64,000 nucleotides of DNA from Macrostomum lignano. Its lineage: Eukaryota. Below the pieces are notes generated by a model. The model saw only the letters and a program-made list of their open reading frames with translations. It was not told the origin of the DNA and searched no databases. The stretch is taken from the NCBI GenBank assembly GCA_002269645.1, contig NIVC01000997.1, positions 62,001-126,000 on the forward strand. The letters run 5' to 3'. The first letter of the stretch is position 1. Each line of letters starts with the position of its first letter. The translations under genes were made by a program, and so were the position numbers. Positions 1 through 41,500 of this stretch are shown here, piece by piece.

Positions 1-200
1 TTGGATGCAGTGGTGGCAGGACAGTCTGAAGGGTCATTGGGTGCAGTGGTCAGTCTGAAGTATCTGAATGTACATACACACAACACATAGTCCTATTAAT
101 ATAATTTAACTTGCGCATGTTCTTTTAAGTTCCAGCTAAGTTTACCCTGTATAATGAAAGAAGATTAAATTTTGAACACACATGCTTCCAAATCCCACAG

Positions 201-15529
<15,329 letters not shown>

Positions 15530-15618
15530 GTGAGTGCTTTTGTATATAGCGATTCTCTCTCAGTCAGGTAGCATTGTACAGACGGCGCCAACCAAATAAA
15601 TGCTGCAAATAATTTCAG

Positions 15619-15647
15619 AAAATTTCTTCGGACTGAGGCATCGATAA
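15619..15647 (+). CDS. Candidate terminal exon of MEGF6 (ENFFGLRHR*)
   Basis: aatttcag acceptor 89 nt after the 15530 donor, phase 1 in frame, TAA at 15645-15647. AATAAA at 15949-15954. Confidence 0.45.
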
Positions 15648-15840
15648 TCGATAATTGCGCACACAGCAACTACGCACTGACTTCAACAGCTGCTTTGTAA
15701 GCTATTATTTCGAAGCTTCATGACCGAAACAGCGATGAATTCGTGAACCGACTAGCTCACATAGGCGGATCTATTTTGCAGTATTTTAATTTCTTTTATT
15801 CCTCAGTGCGTTATGTTTGTTTTCATAATCGAACACTTTT

Positions 15841-16023
15841 GCTTTTACTAATTATTGCTTTTGTCAGTGAAGTTGATGGATAATTTTACGTGGAGAACCC
15901 CCATTCGCTGCAGCAGCAGCCACTGCCGCAGAGCGTTCGGCCATAGACAATAAAGCCAATTAAGTTGAGAATTTCCATTTAGGAGCGGTAGATTCGGTCT
16001 TGCCCATAGACAAGGGAAAAAGG

Positions 16024-16060
<37 letters not shown>

Positions 16061-16258
16061 GAGTCTATTGAGAGGTTGCTGCTAGCATACCTCCCTGTCC
16101 TGATGTCAATGGCTGAGTTTTCAACTTGCTTGCTTTTTTCCGTCTATTCTTTGTCTATGGCCAAGACCGAATCTACTGCTATGAAATGGGAATTCTCAAC
16201 TTGGTTAGCAGCTTAACTATCAAATTGGCTGACAAAAGCAATACTAGATAAAGCAGCG
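15841..16258. repeat. Imperfect inverted (foldback) repeat around a (GA)n core
   Basis: aagttgagaatttccatt..gtagattcggtcttgcccatagacaa (15962-16015) is the reverse complement of 16151-16203. attgcttttgtcag (15853-15867) pairs with ~16229-16242. Confidence 0.7.
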
Positions 16259-17432
16259 TTGTCAACAGGTGCACACTAGAAGTGACATGCATCTAAAAGT
16301 TTACATGTAAATTGCCTGACATTACAGGCTTGGAGTCAGACTAAAAAAAAGCATCATTCGATGATTTGTAAAAATGTTGAGTAGCTATCAATACTGACCC
16401 GCTATTGCCCGAGCAGTGAGTCGCCTACCTCTCTATCTAGCTAAAAAAAATTTATAGCTAGTATAGCTAGCTAATGCTGACACCGTTTTTCACCTCACTC
16501 GCGCTTTTTGTTGTAAATCACGGCGATTAATAATATTCCAAATTGTGACTGACACTTCAGCGAAGTATACATTTTGCCTCGATACAATCTAAAGTTACAT
16601 TATAAATCTTTTCTCGCATTCTATCATTAGTAACTGACTCTCTGGCTGTAAATAAAAAAAAAAAGTTTACTGTTATTTTGTATTTAAAATTTGCTTTAGG
16701 CTTTTTAATCACTGTTTCCTTACTAATTTTTACCTCAATACTAAAAATAAATTGTATTACCGAATCATCTATTCTGCTTACGAGGCATTGGTTGACACCT
16801 ATATATCATAGGCTAAACAATTAATTCTGCGACTGCCATCATTTCAAGTACTTTTTCTTGATTTTATCTCAGTATATACAGAGCTAATCCCTCAGTGTAA
16901 AAAGCTAATCCCTCAGTATGCAGAGATAATCCCTCAGTGTGCAGAGCTAATCCGCTAATCCCGCGGTATTTACTTGAAGAAGATTGTCCTCAACGTTAGT
17001 GGGGGGTGGTTTGGCGTCGCCTCCAGTCCGCCCCGGCCTTTCCGCATCATGTGGTCTGGTAGGGAAACCCCCACTTGGGGGGCTGAAGCCTACACTACTG
17101 TGACTACTGTTCGACTCTACATGGTGAGTAGAGCATTGCGGAGCAACTGCGAGTGGGATATCAGGCGTGTAGGACAATCAATTAAATATGAAATGACTGC
17201 TGATCAGCCTCTCAATTTTTTCTCCCATTGTGAGGCGCGGCGCAGTCAGAGATGGCGACATAAAATGCCTTCTGATGCTGCAGAAAGCCTATTGGGAGGC
17301 CCGGGGATGAATTGGGACTTTAAAGTCCATTCCAGTCAGTTCATTGAGCGGAGCGGAGTGGAGAGAGCCTCCCAGACAGCGAAACAATAAGGTCAGAGGA
17401 AATATAACGGTGGGCATACACCCACACTGCAG

Positions 17433-17618
<186 letters not shown>

Positions 17619-19327
17619 AAGCTCTCTCCTAATAGCAATTATTTTGCTACGGGGCATTGAGTTGTCAGCAAGGGGAAATGTACTTGATTTTATTTTACAA
17701 TCAGATGGCTGTCACTGAATGATGAATAATAGCACCCAGGTAGCCTCATGCGTGATGAAGAATCAGGTGTTAAACACGTGAGATGCTGCAGCTTTGACCT
17801 GCTGAGCTCCGATCCTCACTGCCCCGCGGTTGCTCGGTTTTTTTACCACACCGGGGAATTTTTCCCGGTGGGTTATTTCCCCGGGTCAGCCGCTGAAGAG
17901 TGACTTGAATTTTCTTAGAAATTGCTTTAGTAGGGGCTTCTTGATTTCCGTTAACTCCATTCCAGCCACAGTTCTTTTTGCTACAAATATCTGTTTCGAA
18001 ATTAAGTTATTGTCTTTATTTTTTGTCTTGATATTCTAATATTGATTTTTAAGCCAATCTCTCAGAACAATACTGCTATTAGTAGTCACCATTGCATATC
18101 TGTCACAACAATAACGGCCTACATATGTAAGCTACATTTATGCTGTAACTTAGAACTAATTCTTGGCATAAATCTTCTCTAGGTAAACTTTTTTGCTAAA
18201 AATAAACTATCCTCTTCTAACAATAAACTTTGATAACAAAACTTGCCGTTATTAACATATTAATGAATATAGCGTTAATTCAGTTATTTATTCAAAATCT
18301 TAATTTTTACATTGGTTTCCGCCTTGGTGATTTCTTGGAAAGAAATTTTTTCATTTGTGAGTTTCTCATTCTGAGGAGATGTTGCTCATCAACTGAGCAA
18401 GGGATGAGCAGAGAAGGAAAGTGGCTGCTGGGCAAGCTGGCGACTCCCTGTGCTGAGCCGGTAGTCGCAGTCGGGTAATAACTACCGAGAGAACCCTTGA
18501 GGTGCTGATTAGAGTGAGAGCTTTTGTGCCTTGCTCATCGGGCAGGTCGCGAACGCGCCAAACCAGATGTAGCAGCCACAGTTGAGACTTGGCGTGCTGC
18601 CAAGCAGCTGTAGCGAGTTGTATACTCGCAACCAACTGTGGCTCTGAACTTGTGCTCACGAATACATGTATCCGCATCTCCTCCGTTCCGGCCGGGTCTC
18701 AGATGTCCGAATTACATGACTTGTGCATTATTGTATTAGGTTGAAACGATTTTTACGCACATGAGCTTACTCTGACTTTAAAAAATCGATAGCAATCAAT
18801 GACATGCCTTTTACAAAGGTACAACGCCTTTTATACATGGCTCCCCTCAAATAAGTTTTCAGAAAATTCCACAGTTACGAGCGTACGCGTATAATATACA
18901 ATGCAAAGTCCCAATACATTTTTTTGTTTTTTTTCTGGTTGTCATTATCATTGCATACATCAAGTTTTTGGTCTAGTAAATGTATTAATTAATTTGCTGG
19001 TTTACAAATAAATAACAGCTTTTACGAGCTTACATTTTTGCGGTTACAAAACAAACAAATTTTTCTTACAACAAAATAACTAGGCCTACAGGTTTTATTT
19101 TCGACAAATGTTTTCTTAGTATAAAATAAATTTAGCTAACACATTGTTTATAAACATAATTGTTACTAGTATGGTAATCTGGATTAAAGTATTTTTTAAC
19201 TTTTCAGTTCCGCATTCATTTTGAGCTTAAGACTCGGAACTCTAGTCGGTTTGTCAGTCTGAGATTGGCTTAATATTTCGTGAGAACTGGTCTATAATGC
19301 AGTAAAAATCAGCAATTTGTTTACAAA

Positions 19328-33718
<14,391 letters not shown>

Positions 33719-34616
33719 AATCAATAATTAGGACTGGGATGGCAATTTGTTGTTCGAACTGAGTGCGAACAAATTTTTGCGCTAGAAATTAATCGATTCG
33801 ATTTAAATTGGCGCCAGAAATTTTGTTACATTTTTTTCTAATTAATCAAACTATCTGATAAATTAGCTATTTAAAAGGTAATATTGTTGAACTTTTGTTA
33901 TAACGTATACTAAAAATTACGGAAACCCGGAAAATCGATTTTTTCCTAATCGATCAGCCTATCCGATAAATTAGGCTAAGCAACCAATCTTGATATTACG
34001 TATCTAAAAAATTACGTAAACCCGGAAAAAGTACTGCGAATTCGAAAATCTCTTTTTCATCCATTAATTGAAGATGTAACTATCTTCAGTCTATAAAATT
34101 CCCTTTTGCTTTATTACTGCAGTCATTTTGTAAACTATTTCTGTTGTTGTTAGCGTGCAATCCCAACATTTTTGTTATAATCTGGTCAAAACAACAGTTT
34201 GCTTTTTTGCAATAATTATTTATTATTCCAAGACTTTTAAAAAACGTAAAAGCATTCCAGTATATTATAATAATTTTTATATTTAACTTTAAAATCAATT
34301 TGTTATTAGAAATCTCTTGAGAAAGTTAAATTTAGTCATGGTTAACAGCTGTTTCTTTTTGCCTTTGTTGTTTTTTTATTCTACTATGATGAAGTGGCTG
34401 TTCTACTGTTAGTAATCTCATTTACATTATGCTTACTATTTATTAATTTGCTAATTAATTCTAGTTGTCGTATAGTTATTAAAATTGGTTCTTTGCACTG
34501 ACCACCAATTATATAGCAAAGTAATTTGAAACACTCTTATTGTTTGTTTTTCCTCCAGTCTACTAAAAGCTTATGCAAAGGGACTTAAAATCTTTATTTA
34601 TTTCTGTTTATCAACT

Positions 34617-34985
34617 TTGGGATGTGGATTATCAACTATGGGATGGGGATTATCAACTGTGGGATGTGGATTAACAACTGGGATGTGGATTATCAACTGG
34701 GTTGTGGATTATCAACTGGGATGTGGATTATCAACTGGGTTGTGGATTATCAGCTGTGGGATGTGGATTATCAACTGTGGTGTGGATTATCAACTGTGGT
34801 GTGGATTATCAACTGTGGTGTGGATTATCAACTGTGGTGTGGATTATCAACTGTGGGATAGGGATTATCAACTGTGGGATGTGGATTATCAACTGTGGGA
34901 TAGGGATTATCAACTGTGGGATAGGGATCATCAACTGTGGAATAGGGATTTTCAATATCAACTGGGGTGTGGATTATCTACTATG
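34617..34985. repeat. 19-21-bp minisatellite gtggattatcaactg(t)gg
   Basis: Tandem units downstream of the claudin stop. Confidence 0.93.
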
Positions 34986-35335
34986 CTACGTGAATTGTCA
35001 ATTGTGTAATGCAAATTATAATAAACTAAATTCAATTTAAAATCAATAATGTTTTTTCAAGTACGTGCAATATGAAGTTTGAAGACTTCCATGTATTTTT
35101 TATTTTAAAATTTCACAAAAAGTTACTTTATAAGTGAAAGAAGTAATAGTAATAAGTTCTTTTTTCTAACGATTAGTAAAACAAATTTTTAGTTAAACGA
35201 CATTGTTGAGGATAGACTTCATACACAATTAAATGTGATGAGCTGTCTGACAACATCCCTTTAAAGTATTAATTTCGAAAATTTCAAGAACAGAAATACT
35301 AGAAATACTAGACTAGCCAATATTTAATATAGCAA

Positions 35336-36042
35336 CAAGCTGTTGAAACCCGCGGATTTTGAACCCGGGGAATTCTAATCTCCGGAACTACTTTTGCATG
35401 TATTCTGAAATCTAAGGCCATACACTAACAAATTAATAGTAGGATAGAGGTAGACATAAAATGGAGCACATTCGTGTAAAATTAGGGTTTGAGGCAAACG
35501 TTGATATTGTTGGCTGGGGTACTGCGCAGAATGTCAGGCAATGTCTGTCTGACTCTAAAACATATATTGCTAAACTCTGGTCTCTCCCTGACTCTCCCTA
35601 CGTCCCTTGGATCCTTTAAAATTTCTATCGTCTCTTTGTTTCCTTTCTTCTCTCTCATCCCTCGTCTCTCCTCTCTCTTCTCTCCTCTCTTCTCTTGTAT
35701 CTTCCCTCATCTCTCTTCTGTTTCATCTCTCTTCCCTATTCTTTTCTCTCTCCTCTTCTCTCTCCTTTCTACTTTTCGTTTTCTCTCTGCTCTTCTCTCT
35801 CCTCTCTACTCTTTCGTTTTCTCTCTCCTCTCCTCTCTCCTCTCTCCCCCTCTTCTCTCGTCTCTCCCCTCACATCTTTCCTCTCTCTCTTTCCACTCAT
35901 CTCTTTTCTTGTTTTATATCTTCTCTCTCCCCTCGTCGCCCGTCTCTTCCCTCACCTCTCTTCTCTCTCGTCTGCTCTTTCATCTCTCCTTTCTCTTCTT
36001 TTATCTTTTCTCTCTTATCTCTTCTCGTTTCTATCTGCTCTG

Positions 36043-36107
<65 letters not shown>

Positions 36108-38294
36108 CTCTTTATTCTCCTATTTCCTCTTCTCTCTCCCTGTCTCTCCTCTCTCCTCTAGTCTCTGTAATCTCTTCTCTCCCATCTTTCTTCTCCTCTC
36201 TACTCTCTCCCTCCATTCTCCTCTTTTCTCTCCTCTCGCCTCACTCACTTCTCTCTCCCTTTGTCTCTCCTCTCGTCTCTGTAATCTCTTCTCTCTTATC
36301 TCTCTTCTGTTCTCTCTATTCTCCCATCTCTCGTCTGTTCATTTTCGTCTCTGCTCTCAGCTCATCCCCCCTCTTTCATCTGTCATCTTTACTGTCTTAA
36401 TGTTCTTTCATTTTGTCCTCTGTACTCTTTTCTTTCACCTCTTTTGTCTCCTCACTTTCCTTTCTCCTTTCTTCTCTTCTCTTCTCTTCCCTCTTCTATA
36501 TACTCTCTCCATCTCTTGTCTCGTCTCTTCTCTCTCCACTCTCCTCCTTTATCTCTCATCTCTCATTTCTCATCTCTCCTTACACCTCTCTCATCTGTAC
36601 AACTTTATCTCTTCTCTCTTCCATTCTCTCTCTTATCTCTCCTTTCTCCTCTTTACTAACTCCTCTCTACTCGCTCCTCTACACTCTCCTCTCCACTCGC
36701 TACTCTACTGTCTACTCTCTCCTATCTACTCTACTGTCTACTCTCTCCTATCTACTCGCTCCTCTACTCGCTCCTCTACTCTCTCCTCTCTACTCGCCCC
36801 TCTACTCGCTCTTCTACTCTCTCCTCTCTACTCGCTCCTCTCTACTCTTTCCTCTCCACTCGCTACTCTACTCTCTACTCTCTCCTCTCTACTCGCTACT
36901 CTACTCTCTCCACTCTACTCGCTCCTCTCTACTCTTTCCTCTCTACTCGCTCCTCTACTCTCTCCTCTCTACTCGCTCCTCTACTCTCTCCTCTCTACTC
37001 TCTCCTCTCATCGTCCTCACTCCCTCATCTCTCCTATTATCTTTTATCTTTTCTCTTATTCCCTCTCTCACCTCTCCTCTCTTTTCGAATAGTCTATTCC
37101 TTCTTCTCCCCACTCTCAACTGCCCCTCAGCCATAAGCTGGATTCTTTTCTGGACTTAGAGGTAAAAGTCTGCCCATTCCTGCTTAGAAAGCCAGTTTGT
37201 GGGACGTAGTACTCTCATGGCTGTTCTCATGCTTTGATCATGTCACCTTTCTTGCCAATTTGCAAGCCCTGAAAAGAATTTTTGTATCTTCAGCTCCACT
37301 GCAGTCTGCATCAGTCTAACAACCAAGGAAATACGCATTTCTTAGGAGGCCATTTAAAATTTACACAGTACCTTTAAAAGAAACCTAAAATTTCCATGGT
37401 GTGCCTAATTTAGTAGGGTTATATTGCATTGCATCGCATCGCCTTTTCATAAATCTTTCGCTTTTACAAACCATGCTGGATTCCCTCGATTTGCCAATTG
37501 CCATCCAGTGTTAAACTGCTGCAGAGTTTGCCAATACAGAGGGGAGGGCAGTGGTTAGAATTCTCACTAAACTGTTATGGCTAAACGTAGCCTCTCCACT
37601 CTCGGGGTGCAGAGAAGGTTATAAATAAAGCTATTCCAAAACACTGTACATTCGCTATGTACATTGAGCCCTATCGCCTGACCCTTCGTCTGGACTGCGG
37701 GAATGAGTGAGTTGAGCGCCACAAACAACAGAAAAAGCAGACAAACTTCACATGCTTACAGTTTCTGTTCTGATTGAGTTACAGAGTTAAGACTTAACAT
37801 TTAGACAGAGAATGAGTCAATGAAGAATTGTGTCAAGTTTAAAGTCAATCGCTTCACGTGGAGCAAACTTATGGCAGCCGAAAGTTAGTCATTTTAAACC
37901 CCTTTTTCACATCTGGGCCCAGATCGGGAAAGAGAGGCAGGCGGGCGGAGGTTGGGGTGGCTGCCTCGCTGAAAAAAACAGCCTAACTTTAAAAGTGCAC
38001 AGCGGCTTTCAGGAGTAACTTTGAGATTTGAAATTTTACACGATTGTGTCAAAATAGTTGAAAATTGCCTGTGTCAAATTTGAAGAGAATCGGTAGAAGT
38101 GGAGCGGCGCTATGGAGGATTTAGTTAAAAAATCGCGCATTTTGAGCAGTTTTTTGTACTTTTAGGTAGGAAGACTTGAGTCTAGGAAATTAAAAGGTAG
38201 CCTAAGACATTCTCCGTAGTAAGTTTAGGGTGGGTGTAAAGTTTGGTGTAATTTGGTTGAGCGGTTTGGGAGTCCATAGCGAAGTAATTTGTCC

Positions 38295-38327
<33 letters not shown>

Positions 38328-38350
38328 GTTTTGATTTTTATAGGTAGAGA
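35336..38350 (-). mobile_element. Non-autonomous Helitron-like element, family A copy 4
   Basis: gcaa|caagctgttgaaacccgcgg .. ttttataggtagaga|tattt. The empty site reconstructs to A|T with no duplication. Confidence 0.82.
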
Positions 38351-38517
38351 TATTTTAAGTGTTACTCATAAAAACTTACTACCGCTGTATAATTTAGCTA
38401 CTGTAAGTAGAAATGTAAACATTTAAAAAAAATGAGATATCGAAATTGATAAAATTTGTGATATTGAAAATTCAATGGAAATTTAAGTAATAGTTAAAAT
38501 CGGCTGTACTAATGAGT

Positions 38518-41500
38518 TCACATGTACTTAAACACCTTGACCTTGCCCAGCGCCTCGGTGACAGCCAGGTAACCCTCAGGTGTCACGGCTATCGCCATGG
38601 GGTGCCACAGGCCGTCGAATTTGCTAACAACAAATTTCACGAAGCGACCGTCGCTGCCCAGCAGGTGAATTCGATGGTTGCTGTTGTCCGCCACCATCAC
38701 CTGGCCGCTGGTGTCGCTGGCCACTCCGTAGGGTTGCAAAACCTGATCGTTGCCGTTGCCATAGCTACCGGCTTGGCCAATTAAATTGCCCTGCGAGCGA
38801 GGTTAATAAAATTAATTTGAATAAAAATTATACCGTTTCTCCTAAAAGCATATATCGATGATTCTACCAAATCATTCGTTGATTCTAACGAATCCGTTTA
38901 TTCTAACAAATCCAGTTTATTCTAACAAATCCGTTGATTCTAACAAACCCGTTGATTCTAACAAATCCGTTATTAATTTTAACAAATCCTTTGTTGATTT
39001 TAACATCATTCGTTGATTAAAACAAATCCTTCATTGATTCTAACCAATCCGTTGATTCTAACAAATCCTTCGTTGATTTTAACAAATCTTCGTTGATTTT
39101 AACAAATCATTCGTTGATTAAAACAAATTCGTTGATTAAAACAAATCCTTCGTTGATTTTAACAAATCATTCGTTGATTCAAACAAATCGTTGATTTTAA
39201 CAAATCATTCGTTGAATAAAACAAATCCTTCGTTGATTTTAACAAATCATTCGTTGATTAAAACAAATCCTTCGTTGATTTTAAGAAATCATTCGTTGAA
39301 TAAAACAAATCCTTCGTTGATTTTAACAAATCATTCGTTGAATAAAACATATCCTTCGTTGATTTTAACAAATCATTCGTTAATTAAAACAAATCCTGCG
39401 TTGTTTTTAACAAATCATATTTCAATTTTTACAAAATATTTCATTGATTCCAAAAAATCATCCGTTGATTCTAATCTAAACAAATCATTTGTTGATTAAA
39501 ACAATTCCCTCGTTGATTCTAACAAATTATCCGTTGCTTCTAACAAATAATTTATTGATTCTATTAAATCCCATTTTGATTCTAAGAAAGGGATAGTTGA
39601 TTAAAGAAGTAAACGTTTGACTCTCGCAGGTTTAAAAAATAGTCAAAATGAATTTACTCTTTGAAGTCGCCGCTCTAAGAATTTTTTTTCTATTCTAAGA
39701 AATCTAATTTCTAAGAAATTGTCTTTAATACATTTCGGAAGTTCCTATCTAATTATACGATGAATTATTAAAAGAGTATAACAAACCTGAAAGTCGAACA
39801 ATTTCAAATTCGGCGCCGCCCAATCCGTTACCACGATGACGTCATCGTGCGTAACCGCTACGTAATAGGGATCAGTGAACAGGCCTTCAGACCGGATTGT
39901 TCGAACCAAATTGCCCGAATCGCCGTCGTGCACAGTGAGCTGCCGCATTCGGCAGTCGGCCACCACAAACTGGCGGCCTCTCATAGCCGCTATGCCTCTC
40001 GGATGCTTGAACGGGCCCCTGTAAGTGGTCAGGTACTTGCCCTGCATGCTGAAGGCTTTGATCGCCTCGTGCTGATAGTCGGTGACCAGAATCAGTCGCT
40101 CCTCAAGGATGGCCAAGTCATAGGGGCTGGACAGCGAGCCGTCGCCGCTGCCGGGGCAGCCGAACTCCATCCGGTAGCGACCCTGACGGTCGAACGACTT
40201 CACGCACTTGTTGTCCCTGTCCAGCACGAAGTAGTCCCCAGTGGTCTCGCTGATGGCTAACCCAGTAGGCCAGATGTCGCTGCGGGGGTAGGCGGTGACG
40301 CGAGGGTTTAGCAACTTAAAATATGCACTTTAACCAAATTGGATTGTCATGAGATTCGAAACCATGAGGGCCAACCCCTACGGCGCAGAGAGTGTACATG
40401 TCCAACTATTAAAAAGTCAGGGCCGCTGGACGAGCGTACACCCTGTGTGAGCTCTTGAACACCTTGAGTATGAGTCAGCGGAATGGGACGATGTTGCTGA
40501 AGGCGTTGCGTCAGGGTGCTCAAGTCTATATTTATTTATGCCTACACCCGATTCACCAACCTCACACCCGATTCACCAACCCCACACTCGATTCACCAAT
40601 CCCATACCTGATTCACCAATCCTACACCTGATTCACCAACCCCACACCCGATTCACCAATTCTTCACCCGATTCACAAACACCTGATTCACCAACTCCAC
40701 ACCTGATTCACCAATCCTTCACCCGATTTACCAACACCCGATTCACCAACCCCACACCTGATTCACCAATCCTTCACCCGATTCACCAACACCCGATTCA
40801 CCAGCCCACACCTGATTCACCAATCCTACACCCGATTCACCAACACCCGATTCACCAACCCCACACCCGATTCACCAACCCCACACCCGATTCACTAATA
40901 TTCCCAGTCGGTCCTCACCGAGTATCCAACGGAGATTTGGCCTCAAACTCGAGCACCAGCTGAGCCCTCGACAGCAGCACCGCAGGCTCGGTGAGGGGTC
41001 GAACCCCCTGCGGCAGCATCGAGGCTACTCCGGATCCCAGCCCGTTCACGGCAGCAGCCGATTTAGTTGCCATAGCAACGGAACCGCCGGCCGCCTGTTG
41101 ATGCCCGCTCGACAACCTTACGGAGGTGACATTTGGCGAGAAAATCCCGCCAGAAGCCGCCGCCGCGGCTCCCATACCCTGCGATGTTGCTGAGCCAGTT
41201 GCCTCCTTCATCAGCGGGTGATGCGCCAAGTTCAGCTTGCCGAATAAAATCGGCAGCGATCGCTCCGGCGAAATGCCGGGATTGAATACTGCGCTGAGCT
41301 TGCCTTGACAAACATTGCATGTGGGTTCATGTAGACACGTGCGAATTAGACTACTGCTGAAGTAGCAATCATTGATTCTGCTTTTCTGCACTAGTTAATT
41401 ACATGCTCAAATAGTTACACCGTGGCCTGTCTTATTTACATCCCATATTCTCTCCTTTACTTTATCCTAATTTATCCATGCTCAATCCCACTCCCATACT

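Noticed and set aside
15868-15953. Alternative MEGF6 terminal exon (VKLMDNFTWRTPIRC..Q*)
   Set aside because: It lies within a diverged copy of the foldback repeat. The nearer acceptor at 15618 is simpler, though neither is proven.
16974-17390. 138-aa ORF
   Set aside because: TTG start, no recognisable domain, and no supporting exon structure beyond one donor-like site.
18380-18720. GC-richer island with short ORFs
   Set aside because: No recognisable product or exon chain; could be UTR or promoter but I cannot support it.
40380-40500. HDV-like ribozyme (7-bp GTGTACA stem and downstream gaatgggac)
   Set aside because: The spacing and L3/P3 sequence do not fit the HDV fold, and the P2 register differs between copies.
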